64,000 nucleotides of DNA from Eledone cirrhosa (Eukaryota): contig OZ024757.1 of the NCBI GenBank assembly GCA_964016885.1, positions 5,890,001 to 5,954,000 of the forward strand, in the 5' to 3' direction. Positions within the stretch are counted from its first letter, which is position 1; each line of letters begins with the position of its first letter. The position numbers and the translations under genes were made by a program. Below, piece by piece: positions 24,189-38,948 of the stretch. Below the pieces are notes generated by a model. The model made no database searches and had not been told where the DNA came from. It saw only the letters and a program-made list of their open reading frames with translations.

Positions 24189-24939
24189 AATGTTGTTATA
24201 TTTTCCCTTGTATATAATTACTGTATCGTTGAAAGGTTCACATAATTCTATTATTTACATTAATGAAGACATTAAGTAAGTCTTTGTCAGCTTAGCTCCT
24301 TCAGATGTAATCAATGTGTTTTGTTGTTTAGTAAAAATTAACAAAGAAATAATATCTTGTTTTTATGCGTTCACAAAAACTAGATGGTGTCGGACAGAAC
24401 ACAGGAGAGATACTAAATAACAGACTTGTTACTGAGGAGGTTATATAATGTGTGACAAAAGAGCTTTGACAATAAATAAATAAACTAACCAACTGGATGT
24501 TTATAATAAATTGAAGAGTAAACCAACAATTGCATGAGTTTTTATTTGCAGCATGACTCCCCCAAAGTATAACAATATCTGTTTCAACACAAGTTTTCAG
24601 ATAAGAAACCTTGCTTGACAAATACAAAAACGGTTGTGTGTGTGTGTATATATATATATATATGGACGTACACTCACACACATATATAAATATATATATA
24701 TAATTGAAAAAGTGGAGAATAACACAGTCAACAGTACAAAAAAGGGTATTTATTTGCAGTCTAACAATTGTTCCACTGATAATTGGATTAATTGTTTCAC
24801 TTAATTGGATTACCTATAACGATATTTTGTTATCCTTTATATATATATATATATATATATACATATGAAAAAGGTAAAGAGAAATAACAACACAATCAAT
24901 ACAGTATATGGAAGCAATATATGAGGTTAACACATGGGA

Positions 24940-25605
24940 ATACAGGTCTTCTGCAGTACTGGACAATGCCAGAGATTTCAATCCTGTGTCATCACCTTTG
25001 TGAGGTACAATGGTGTCAGGTCAGTTTTTATCACCTCATCTCATAACTTCCATCAACTTTGAGCAGCCTGCTTCTTTATACAACTGTCATCCTTCCTACA
25101 CATCACATATCCATACCAGGACCCTCTATATAATCCCTCTCATGCCCAGCTTCTCTCTCAGTTTATTTACACTTTACTCTTCATGTATATTACTATTACA
25201 CATCCATCAGAGCATACAAGCTTCATTTCTATCCAATCTTTAGAGGTCCTCTCCACACAGTTCCCAGGGTCACTACCATGTATTGTTGCTGTTTTATAAA
25301 CACATCATACAGACTGCCCTTTATTTTGAGGGAAACACATTTTTCAGCCAGGAATGGTAGTAGCACCCTGAACTTCTTCTATCCCATTCTTACCCTGGTT
25401 ACGGTACTTTCAGAACGGCCACCTCCACTGCTAACTAGGTCAGCCAGGTAACAGAAGCAGATACAGCTTGTCTCCTGAGAGAGATTACTGCTTACTGCTC
25501 CAGTGTAACAACTACATATAAAACCTGCATTCTTAGATAACTTACCTTGAATCCCATTACATCTCTTGTGTACCCAGAGACAGCATTTGGGACATAGGAT
25601 GGATT
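24940..25605 (-). mobile_element. Old degenerate RTE LINE 3' portion
   Basis: Similar to the RT C-terminal region of families A/C with many disablements; related copy at 43250-43930. Confidence 0.75.
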
Positions 25606-25611
25606 TAATAT

Positions 25612-25665
25612 ATATCTATATTTCAAGGATACCAACATTTTGGTATGCAGTCATCAGATAAAATA
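25612..25665 (-). ncRNA. Truncated hammerhead motif related to 16943-17009
   Basis: Minus strand: TATTTTAT CTGATGA ctgcATACCaaaatgttGGTATcctt GAAA tatagat; the 3' strand of stem I is lost. Confidence 0.55.
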
Positions 25666-26309
25666 CAATATATATGAATGTATGTATAGTATATTTGGTA
25701 ATATACTGTATGTTTAAGTAAAAACATTTTGAAGACCTTGCGCTATTATTTTAAAGTAGTGACTTTGTCACTTACTTCTTTTTCAGCAAAGGAAGGGAGA
25801 GAAGCTGACAGATCTGTTTCACACTGTTGGTGTTCCTCAGAGCAACGTACTCGCCGACCTCTGCCGAAAATTATAGAGGCTGGATTCTTATAGAATTCCA
25901 GTAATAATAAGGAACTGATTATACAGAGCGATTGCCGGTCCAGCAAAAATTAAAAATTACTTTGCCTTGGATTTCCCCTTTTCTCACTTCCTGAGTTCTA
26001 ATCCAAGTATCTAACCACTAGCTATTTAGTCAGATAATATATCTTGACAGAATCCAATCCTGGGTATCTACATATACCCCACATTACTGCTCACTGGGTT
26101 TCACCATCTACCCTCAGTCTATAATTCAGTTTTCCTAAAGACAAACTATCTCCAACCTAATTCCTCTCCCAACAAACGTCAATACAAACTGTGATAAGTA
26201 AATAGCAAGTACATGTTATTTCTATTTTCACCCTTCTAAAGGGTACATATGTGTCTATATGTGTGTGTATGTGGTTTTATATATATATATATATCAGATA
26301 GGGTGTGGT

Positions 26310-26830
26310 AAAACCAGCTAGACGATAACCCACCAAAGTACTCAATACTTGGGGTAGTAGAGTGGGTAATATGAAAAGATTCAGGGCCGTTTCGACAACA
26401 AGATCTGAACTAGTTGAAATGACCGGAGCTCAGCCGTCGGGGTCTTGATAATTATTTAAGTGAATTTATAATATAGAATTCGGTTTAAGTGCATTTCGTA
26501 TTAATCATTACTAAACATCTAATATGAGATGTTGAACATTAGCTTAAATAATTATTGTGTCGTCTTGAGTTCGTTATGAGTCTCTTTTTTATAAAAGGAT
26601 GTTACAGAGTGTACGATAGATAATGATTACAATATTTTTGAGCAACAACTCTAGTTGCACACTTTTGAAGGTTTATTATAACATTCTGTGACTCTTTTAA
26701 GCTTGCACATTTTTCAGGTCTAGTATATATGTTCTTTGCTTAAACTTTAATCTGTTATTTTAATAAATCTTTCTTCTATGGTTTTTATGTATTTGATATA
26801 TATTTATCCTTATCGAGCCCTCTTCGGATT
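26310..26830 (-). mobile_element. Decayed Penelope-like element 3' end
   Basis: Frameshifted YNKPSKVCN..KYC...LL.KR.LITNSRRHNNYL resembles a PLE GIY-YIG C-terminus; a decayed ...GAAACGGCC box follows. Confidence 0.45.
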
Positions 26831-27004
26831 TTATTCTTCCCATTTATTATTATTACTATATATATATATAGTGTTTGTAAATTCTGTAGCATACAGTTTT
26901 GTCAGCACAAGTCTTGGTTACAACTTCTACAAATAAAATTAAAGGAGAATAATTTCAGAATAAACACGTTTTATTCAAAACATTAACAACATTGGTGGCA
27001 TTAT

Positions 27005-28020
27005 TTTGGGTGAGTGATATGGTTTTTATCTTGTCTGAATGTGTTTGTGATGCATTAAGTAACCTTTACAAGAGCATGATTTACCACATACATAACAGTG
27101 ATATGGTTCCTCTCCTGTGTATGTTAGTGTCTAGTGAAGCCACAACATTTAGAAAATAATTTACCACAGACATCACAGTGATATGGTTTCTTTCCTGTAC
27201 GTAGATGTTCATGTATAGAGATGCCACAACATTTAGAGTATGATTTATCACAGACATCACAGTGATGTGGTTCCTCTCCTGTATATGTTAGTGTGTAGTG
27301 AAGCCACAACATTTAGAGTATGATTTACCATAGACATCACAGTGATGTGGTTCCTTTTCTGTATATGTTAGTGTGTAGAGAAGCCACAACATTTAGAGTA
27401 TGATTTGTCACAGACATCACAGTGATATGGTTCCTTTTCTGTATATGTTAGTGTGTAGAGAAGCCACAACATTTAGAGTATGATTTGTCACAGACATCAC
27501 AGTGATATGGTTCCTTTTCTGTAAATGTTAGTGTGTAGTGAAGCCACAACATTTAGAGTATGATCTACCATAGACATCACAGTGATATGGTTCCTCTCCT
27601 GTAAATGTTAGTGCCAAGTGAATGACTTATTTCAGAGAATGATTTCCCATAGATATCACAGTGATATGGTGTCTCTCCTGTATGTATATGTTTGTATCTA
27701 GTTAAGTGAGTTATTTCATAGTTAATAATTTACCACAAATATTACAGTGATATGGCTTTTCTCCAGTATATATATGTAAATGTAGCAATGAAAGAGAATA
27801 ATTTCTCCCCAATATCATAGTGTTATGGCTTCTCACTCATATGAATGTATTTGTGTGTAATTAATTCACCATTCTGAGACAATGAGATATGACTTTGCTA
27901 TGGTTTCTCACCTGTATGGGTATATTTGTGTCTAGTTAAACTACTTCATACAGAGAATGATTTACCACAGATATCACAGTGATATAGCTTCTTACCTGTA
28001 TGTATACGTTTGTGACTAGT
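27005..28020 (-). pseudogene. Degenerate C2H2 finger repeats downstream of the ZNF stop (fossil coding sequence, probable 3' UTR)
   Basis: ccatatcactgtgatgtctgtggtaaatca motifs with stops and frameshifts; 80-bp period at 27281-27610. Confidence 0.85.
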
Positions 28021-28791
<771 letters not shown>

Positions 28792-30142
28792 TTATATATT
28801 TTATTCCTGATGATATTTCTTCTGCAATATTTCCAGCAACTGTGACCTCAGTCAAGATCTGAAGATGATGCAAACTTCTTTCTGATCCAAGTTTAGTTAA
28901 GATTCAAGATCATCTTGTAAATATTTCAGATGGTGACAAAACAATATTTTTCCAAGAAAGACAGTTCTGAGGAAATATTTCACAGTAATTCTACCATAGA
29001 TTTATATAAACAGTGTTATATGAGTTCTGTATCAAAATATTTAGTCTTGGAATAATGATAAATAGAGGTGATATATTCAAGATTAAAGAGTAAATATATC
29101 CCAATGTCATCTGGTATTCTGAAATAAGAAAGAAACAGTATGAGATAATAGAGAATACTTTAGAAGCAGAGATAGATTTAACATTGGAAATTTATATTTC
29201 TATATTGATAAATTGTAGATATCAACTTTCCTGTCCAGAGTTATTCTCTCCAATGTGAGCAGTATATTCCAGCAAGCTCTGTAAATGTTATCCTTCTAAC
29301 TCTTGGGAGGTCTGCCCTATAGCCTTTACCCAGAAACTTCATTCTTATATGACATTCTAACATGGGAATTGTCTGAGACCTGAGATGTGTAACTTGACAG
29401 TTCCTTGAGTAACAGTTCTTTCTACATGGAAGGGGAAAATGCTGTGCAATTGCTTGATAAGAGTCAAAGGATGCTCACACATGGCTACCCTAGGCACCCC
29501 ACCAACATGACTTGTGTTAGTCGTGTAGACACAATTAGTGGGAACTTTATTTGCAGGGCTTTCCATAATTTTGGCATTGTTTTTTTCTTTTCTGGTTGGA
29601 TGCCCTTCCTCTCATCAACCCCTTTACAGCAAGGACTGGGTGTATTGTTTGTGGCACTAGAGAGGTTATTTTACTGGACTTAAGAGCTCTCTACCCTGTA
29701 TCAGTTTCTATTACGAGTGTCTACAATGATGATGAGGATATATACATATATATACATATGTGTATACATATATATATATATATATATACATATGTGTGTG
29801 ATGGCTGCAAATCTGCTAAGAGTATTGCAATCACTTGTCAGATTACAGGAAATGGTGCAACTTTAGGCTATGGCCAGCCACACGAACCTGTAACATCTCC
29901 TGGACAAGCAATGCCTGTGTTTTGAAGGTATTTTAAGTGGGGAAAGGCCTTGCACTCAACCAATCCCACTCTCTGAACATCAAAAACAGTACCCGAAAAG
30001 GAGAACTGGTCAACATCATCGGATGCTTCCAAGGCCACAGGTTTTCTTTCAGAGTTTCCCTCTCCTTGAAAGGTGTTGTGACCACAACTGGGGCCTTTCA
30101 CTCCCAGGTGTAAAAGAAAAAGAAAAATTCATATACATATAT

Positions 30143-30603
30143 CGTTATCATTTAACGGTCATTTTCCACGGTAGCATGGGTTTGATGGGTTGTCCCATTT
30201 GAAGCAAGTTGGGTTAGGTGACCATCTTTTGCTCATACAGAACTGTTTGACTTTGTCTACATGGAGGGATGCCCTTCCTAAAGCCAACCATATTTACAGT
30301 ATGCTGGGTGCTTTTTGCTGTGACTCCTACAAGACCACTTTACAATGTGGGCTGGGTGTTTCTACCGTGACACCTACATGACCACTTTACAATGTGGATT
30401 GGGTGCTTTTTGTTCTGACACCTACATGATCAATAAACAGTGAGGGCTGGGTGTTTTTTGACATGACACCTACATGACCACTTTATATAGTAGACTGAGC
30501 GCTTATGGTAGTGACACATACACAACCACTTTACAGTGTAGACTGGGTTGTTTTTTGTTGTGACACCTACACGACCACTTTACATAGTGGGCTAGGCGCT
30601 TTT
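30143..30603 (-). mobile_element. RTE/SINE-type 3' tail preceded by ~7 tandem 47-48-bp units
   Basis: ccactttacaatgtgggctgggtg...gtgacacctacatga repeated, adjacent to ggatgcccttcctaa and the terminal stem-loop. Confidence 0.8.
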
Positions 30604-31126
30604 TGTTATATTAAATACATCAACACAGAAAGAAGTGTGGGGTGTGTGGAAAATCGGTAAAACTTCACGGGAGATAGACAACCAGAATTAGTCATTTAGT
30701 TTACATAATGAGACCCCAACCCATCTTATTTATTTTATAACATATGGGATTTCTAGTAATGTACTTTTTGTCATGTATAATGTTTTTTAATGTCTAAAGA
30801 ATATTGTCGCAGGAATGCGACCACATAAAATAATATTTCACAAGGGATAAGAAAAATTGAATAAACAGAGGGTGGGGTGAATCAAGAGCGGGGTGGTGGT
30901 GTAAAAAATCTGAAAAATAAATAAGTGAGGGAAAATTATTTGAGATGAAAGCAAGGGTGGGGACGATTGTTTGAGACCAAAGCAAGGATGGGGGGACGAT
31001 TATTTGCGTTACATACACATCTACTGAGTTATACACACATCTACTGAGTTATACACACATCTACTGAGTTATACACACATCTATGGAGGTGCATATATAT
31101 ATATATATATATATAGAGATACATAC

Positions 31127-31456
31127 ATCATCATTTTACGTCCGCTTCTCCCTGCTTGCAAGGGTGGGACGTGAACTGATTCTGGCCTGATTTCTACAGC
31201 TGGATGCCCTTCCTAACACCAACCTCATTTACAGTGAGTGCTGTGTGCTTTTTTACCGTGGCACCTCCATGACCACTTTGCAGTGGAATGATATGGACCC
31301 CAGTCCTATCATCTCATTTCTACAGCTGAGTAAACTGGAGCAATGTGAAATAAAGTGTCTTGCTCAAGGAAACAACACATCACCCAGTCTGAGAATTGAG
31401 CTCACAACCTTTAGATTGCAAGGCCAATGCTCTAACCACTAAGTCATGTGCCTCCA
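31127..31456 (-). mobile_element. tRNA-headed SINE
   Basis: Same family as 50551-50896. Confidence 0.92.
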
Positions 31457-31487
31457 TTTATATATTAATACATATATATATATATAT

Positions 31488-31539
<52 letters not shown>

Positions 31540-31578
31540 CAACATATATATATATATAAGAAGGAAATTGTACTATAT

Positions 31579-31616
<38 letters not shown>

Positions 31617-31777
31617 CAACATATATATATATATAAGAAGGAAATTGTACTATATACACATATATTTATATATATGTATGTTTGTGTGTATATATATATA
31701 GTAATAATAAAAAATTTGAAGACTTAAATCCAAAGAGGGCTCGATAAGGATAAATATATATAAAATATATAAGAACC

Positions 31778-32645
31778 CTGGAGAGGAGCAATTATAGGGG
31801 CATAAAGCTGATGGATCAGGTTATGAAAGTGGCAGAGAGAATATTAGCACAACTAATTAGAGAAAGGGTCAAACTAGATGAGATGCAGTTTGGTTTTATG
31901 CCTGGGAAAAGTACAACAGATGCCCTCTTCTTGGTGAGACAATTACAAGAGAGGTTCTTAGAGAAGAATAAGCCACTATACTTATACCTTGATAGGGTAC
32001 CCCGATCTGTCATCTGGTGGTCCCTAAGGAAACTAGGTGTTGAGGAATGGATTGTGAGGACTGCAAGATTTGTACAGGGGTGCTGTCAGTAAAGTGAGAG
32101 TAGGTATGGAGTTTAGTGAGGAATTCCAGATACACGTAGGTGTTCATCAGGGTTTGGTCCTCAGCCCACTCTTGTTCATTATAGTCCTCCAAGCCATTAG
32201 AGAGGAGTTTAAGACTGGCTGCTCATGGGAACTTCTCTATGCTGATGATCTGGTTCTTATAGCAGAATCAGTAGAGGCGCTAGAGAATAAATTCTGGCTA
32301 TGGAAACAGCAGTTGGAATCAAGAGGACTGAGAGTGAATCTAGCTAAGACAAAAGTATTGATAAGTAGAAAAGAGGACAAAACTCTGATTCTGTCAGGGA
32401 AATGGCCATGTTCGATATGCAGAAAAGGAACTGGCATAAATTCTATAAAATACACGCAATGTGACACAGTAAAAAGTTCCCAGTCCAACCGAAAATGTGG
32501 TTGGTGTTAGGAAGGGCATCCAGCTGTCAAAAATACTCCTATACAAGCGAGACATGGTCATCCAACCAATCTTGCCTCAAGTGGGACAATTCCCATCTAA
32601 CCCATGCTAGCGTGGAAGATAGACATTAAACGATGCTGATGATGA
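31778..32645 (+). mobile_element. RTE LINE family B RT fragment (31778-32460) abutting a family-A-type 3' tail (32465-32645)
   Basis: ORFs 31811-32092 and 32070-32510 (LLYADD), then ggttggtgttaggaagggcatcc...gacattaaac(gat)n. Confidence 0.88.
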
Positions 32646-33319
32646 TATAGATAGACCAGGCCCAAACAAGAAATACAGAAAGTACAGGTTCGAAGTGAAT
32701 AATATCTCAAGAATAATTTTATTCCTGGTTAATGAATGAAATTATTGTGTACAGTGCTCAGGTGCACTACAACTCATCAAAGGTGTATGTATAGTACACA
32801 GAATAATGTACAAATGTCAGGAAAGTAAACAGTGTATGAGTCATGACATACATGTGTGTGTATGGAGGGGGGATACCAGGTGTAGTGTTGGTGAATTACA
32901 GGAAGTATGGAAGTTTCAAAGGATGCAGTGTCCCAACAGTTAACAACTGATGCAGGTAGTTTGTTCCATGCTTCAGCAACTCTGGGCATGAACAAATGTT
33001 TCTGAAAGTCATAGGAACTGTGCTGTTTTCTGACTTTGTAGGCATGTCCACGCGTGTTAGACACATGGAACTCAAACAGGTGCTCAGGATTGTTGTTGGC
33101 AAGATGGTTAATAATTTTGTGGGTGTTTACCAAGTCAGTTTTCAGACGTCGGAGCTTCAATGTATCCATGCCCAGGGAAGCAAGGCATTACGAGTATGGT
33201 AGATGGAGGGTATTCGCTTGGTTGCACGTCCCTGAACAATTTCCAGGAGGTCAATATTCTGAGCAAGATAGCGGTTTCAGACAGGTGATGCAAATTCTAA
33301 GTGTGGTCACACCATAGCT

Positions 33320-33663
33320 ATCATCATCATTTCATTTCATTTTACATCGACTTTTCCCTGCTTGCAAGGGTGGGACGGGAACTGATTCTGGCTTGATTTC
33401 TACAGCTGGATGCCCTTCCTAACACCAACCTCATTTACAGAGAGTGCTGGATGCTTTTTTGCCATGGCACCTCCACGACCACTTTGCAGTGGAATGATAG
33501 GGACCCCAGTCCCTATCATCTCATTTCTACAGCTGAGTAAACTGGAGCAATGTGAAATAAAGTGTCTTGCTCAAGGAAACAACACATCACCCGGTCTGAG
33601 AATTGAACTCACAATCTTTCGATTGCAAGGCTAATGCTTTAACCACAAAGCCATGAGCCTCCA
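33320..33663 (-). mobile_element. tRNA-headed SINE inserted in the CR1 element
   Basis: Same SINE family; interrupts the CR1 coding region. Confidence 0.9.
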
Positions 33664-33901
33664 TCGAAGCTATATACAGCTTTAAATAGATAGATGAATG
33701 CATGGTGGTAAATGTGTACACAGCCATCTTCAGTTGCCAGTCTGTGATCTATTGCTGCATTGTGTCGAGGGTCAAGGTCTGATTGCTGGAAAGATCTAAA
33801 GTGTTCAGCATCTGTACTTTTTATCTCAAGGGACAGCTTGATGTCATCTGCATATTTAAGTACTGTGACATTCTTTAAGTTGGCATCTCTGTCAATATAT
33901 G

Positions 33902-34599
33902 TGTAACGGAATTCTCCTATAAATTATCCGGCAAGTTCTCGCATCTGGGACCACCTGTCTTAGGGAGTGTCCCACCATTGTCCTGTCAAGAGACAACAAT
34001 GATAAAAGTACATACCACTTGACCTGTGACCCTAGCTTCATGATAGATGAAACACACATGGCTACTCATAAATCAACCCTATATACACATCCTTCTAGCT
34101 ATAGGGTTATTATAAATACAAGTACAAAGGGAATCCAGCAGCCAGACCATGAAACAGCAGCCCCTGAGAGAATAACGATGTGAAACATTCACGTTCTACA
34201 GACCTCTTGGGGTCTGCAGACTTCTACTGACGTCTACGGGCCTTTTACTCTATCTCTCAGCACCAGTCCTTGAGAGGAATAACAAATAACAAATACTAAG
34301 GATACACACACACTCAGTAGGTTTCATTATACTGTTTACTTCTGAGTTTTATCTATTCTTTCGTCTTCCTGTTGAATCACTTCTATTGTATTGTTGTATT
34401 GATACATACATACACGCTAGCTCGAAGTAGCTAGTCATCAAATTGATGTAGTGATAATTCCTGTCACAATCTTTATTACTCGGTATTCAATGTAGCAACA
34501 AGTGAATATTGTTATTGTAACATAAACATTGTCAACATCACAATTCTGGCATTATTCTTTTTATCATTCATCCACAAAAGAATACATTTATCCACTACA
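33902..34599. mobile_element. Solo LTR (Gypsy-like), 698 bp
   Basis: TGTAACGG...CCACTACA termini with a perfect 4-bp TSD TATG; removing it restores the in-frame CR1 RT peptide FVAYIDRDANLKNVTVLKYADD. Confidence 0.82.
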
Positions 34600-34734
34600 T
34601 ATGCAACAAACAAAAGGGGTCCAAGAACAGATCCCTGTGGTACACCAGATGACATCTCATACAGTGAAGAATGCTGTCCTAGAACCGTGACTACCTCTCT
34701 TCAACTGAGAGTGAAGGATTTCAACCAGTTAAAA

Positions 34735-37535
34735 ACTATACATCATGTACAGTATATATACACTATATATATATCATATATACACTATGTACAGTATATA
34801 TACACTATATATATATTATATATACACTATGAACAGTATATATACACTGTGTACAGTATATATACACTATATATATATTATATATACACTGTGTACAGTA
34901 TATATTATACACTATATATATATTATATATACACTATGTACAGTATATATACACTATATATATATATTATATACACACTATGTACAGTATATATACACTA
35001 TATATATATATTATATACACACTATGTACAGTATATATACACTATATATATAGTATATATACACTGTGTACAGTATATATTATACACTATATATATATTA
35101 TATATACACCATGTACAGTATATATTATACACTATATATATATTATATATACACCATGTACAGTATATATTATACACTATATATATATTATATATACACC
35201 ATGTACAGTATATATTATACACTATATATATATTATATATACACCATGTACAGTATATATTATACACTATATATATATTATATATACACCATGTACAGTA
35301 TATATTATACACTATATATATATTATATATACACCATGTACAGTATATATTATACACTATATATATATTATATATACACCATGTACAGTATATATTATAC
35401 ACTATATATATATTATATATACACCATGTACAGTATATATTATACACTATATATATATTATATATACACCATGTACAGTATATATTATACACTATATATA
35501 TATTATATATACACCATGTACAGTATATATTATACACTATATTATATATACACCATGTACAGTATATATTATACACTATATTATATATACACCATGTACA
35601 GTATATATTATACACTATATTATATATACACCATGTACAGTATATATTATACACTATATTATATATACACCATGTACAGTATATATTATACACTATATTA
35701 TATATACACCATGTACAGTATATATTATACACTATATTATATATACACCATGTACAGTATATATTATACACTATATTATATATACACCATGTACAGTATA
35801 TATTATACACTATATTATATATACACCATGTACAGTATATATTATACACTATATTATATATACACCATGTACAGTATATATTATACACTATATTATATAT
35901 ACACCATGTACAGTATATATTATACACTATATTATATATACACCATGTACAGTATATATTATACACTATATTATATATACACCATGTACAGTATATATAC
36001 ACTATATTATATATACACCATGTACAGTATATATACACTATATTATATATACACCATGTACAGTATATATACACTATATTATATATACACCATGTACAGT
36101 ATATATACACTATATTATATATACACCATGTACAGTATATATACACTATATTATATATACACCATGTACAGTATATATACACTATATTATATATACACCA
36201 TGTACAGTATATATACACTATATTATATATACACCATGTACAGTATATATACACTATATTATATATACACCATGTACAGTATATATACACTATATTATAT
36301 ATACACCATGTACAGTATATATATATATTATATATACACCATGTACAGTATATATACACTATATATATATATTATATATACACCATGTACACTATATATA
36401 TATTATATACACACTATGTACAGTATATATACACTATATATATATTATATACACACTATGTACAGTATATATACACTATATATATATTATATACACACTA
36501 TGTACAGTATATATACACTATATATATATTATATACACACTATGTACAGTATATATACACTATATATATATTATATACACACTATGTACAGTATATATAC
36601 ACTATATATATATTATATACACACTATGTACAGTATATATACACTATATATATATTATATACACACTATGTACAGTATATATACACTATATATATATTAT
36701 ATGTACACTATATATACACTATATATATTATATATACACTATATATACACTATATATATTATATATACACTATATATACACTATATATATTATATATACA
36801 CTATGTACAGTATATATACACTATATATATATTATATACACACTATGTACAGTATATATACACTATATATATATTATATACACACTATGTACAGTATATA
36901 TACACTATATATATATTATATACACACTATGTACAGTATATATACACTATATATATATTATATACACACTATGTACAGTATATATACACTATATATATTA
37001 TATGTACACTATATATACACTATATATATTATATATACACTATGTACAGTATATATACACTATATATATATTATATACACACTATGTACAGTATATATAC
37101 ACTGTGTACAGTATATATACACTGTGTACAGTATATATACACCATGTACAGTATATATACACTATATATATATTATATATACACTATGTACACTATATAT
37201 ACACTATATATATATTATATATACACTATGTACAGTATATATACACTATATATATTATATATACACTATGTACAGTATATATACACTATATATATATTAT
37301 ATACACACTATGTACAGTATATATACACTATATATATATTATATATACACCATGTACAGTATATATACACTATATATATATTATATATACACCATGTACA
37401 GTATATATACACTATATATATATTATATATACACCATGTACAGTATATATACACTATATATATTATATATACACTATGTACAGTATATATACACTATATA
37501 TACACTATATATATATATATATTATATATATACAT
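34735..37535. repeat. AT-rich minisatellite (units of 45, 39, 36 and 42 bp) around tacac(c/t)atgtacagta
   Basis: Homogeneous blocks directly visible; related arrays at 38178-38948 and 39722-39885. Confidence 0.97.
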
Positions 37536-38177
37536 ATTTTCACCATTCTATATCATATTTTTTTCTCTAAAATCATATCTTCCCCATCACCGCATTTTCT
37601 CTATCGAATTTTCTTAAACAAAACAATCTTGTATTTTCGTTTATTGTTAAATTATGCCCAAAATATGGAGATCTTATCTTAAACCTTACATTCTCTTAAT
37701 TCTGTCGTATTTTCATAACAAAACAAATCACTCTTATATATTCCTTTAAATATATTTTGTTAAACTTGCTAAGTTTTACGCAAAACTTTGAGTGCCTATT
37801 TAAACTCTTAACCTCTATACTCCATCCCATCTTCTACCCCCTACCCATACATCATGCTGGTTCCTGCCCTCCCTCTCTATACATATAAGATAAACCCTAC
37901 CAAAATTAAACAAATTCGACAACTCGCTATTCCTGGGATGGCTGTTCCATCGGTATAAAGTAACGTTCAAATACTTTTCTCGATTCTTCTCTCCATTCTA
38001 ATCCATTAGTCTTTCATACAATCACCATTCTATGTCATATTTTCACACTATATCATATTTCCCCTATCACCGCATTTTCTCTATCGTATTTTCTTAAACA
38101 AAACAATCTTGTATTTTCGTTTATTGTTAAATTATGCCCAAAATACGGCGATCTTATCTTAAACCTTACATTCTCGC

Positions 38178-38948
38178 TATGTACCATATATATACACTAT
38201 GAACAGTATATATACACTGTGTACAGTATATGTACACTATATATATATTATATATACACTGTGTACAGTATATATTATACACTATATATATATTATATAT
38301 ACACTATGTACAGTATATATTATACACTATATATATATATTGTATATACACTATGTACAGTATATATACACTATATATATATATTATATATATACTATAT
38401 ACAGTATATATACACTATATATATATTATATATATACTATATACAGTATATATACACTATATATATTATATATACACTATGTACAGTATATATACACTAT
38501 ATATATATTATATATACACTATGTACAGTATATATACACTATATATATATATTATATATACACTATGTACAGTATATATACACTATATATATATTATATA
38601 TACACTATGTACACTATATATACACTATATATATATTATATATACACTATGTACATATTATATATACACTATGTACACTATATATACACTATGTACAGTA
38701 TATATTATACACTATATATATATTATATATACACTATGTACAGTATATATACACTATATATATATTATATATACACTATGTACAGTACATATACACTATA
38801 TATATATTATATATACACTATGTACACTATATATATACACTATATATGATGTTGTCCAAGAGAAAGGCAATGGCTGATACAGCTTGGCACCAGTGACGTC
38901 ACAACATATATACTATGTATATACACTATGTACAGTATATATACACTG
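38178..38948. repeat. Second block of the same minisatellite
   Basis: tatacactatgtacagtatata units. Confidence 0.93.

Larger units (their letters stand above)
32660..34735 (-). mobile_element. CR1-type LINE 3' portion, interrupted by a SINE and a solo LTR
   Basis: SGVPQGSVLGPLLF (~34610-34650), LKYADDIKL (~33835-33860), and C-terminal LRRLKTDL..TRGHAYKV..RVAEAWNKLP (32777-33169). Confidence 0.88.

Noticed and set aside
30290-30603. CRISPR-like array
   Set aside because: Whole units are homologous and diverged, with no unique spacers; it is part of a retroelement tail.
34687-38896. 800-976 aa repetitive ORFs
   Set aside because: Minisatellite open in all three frames, with no protein-like complexity.
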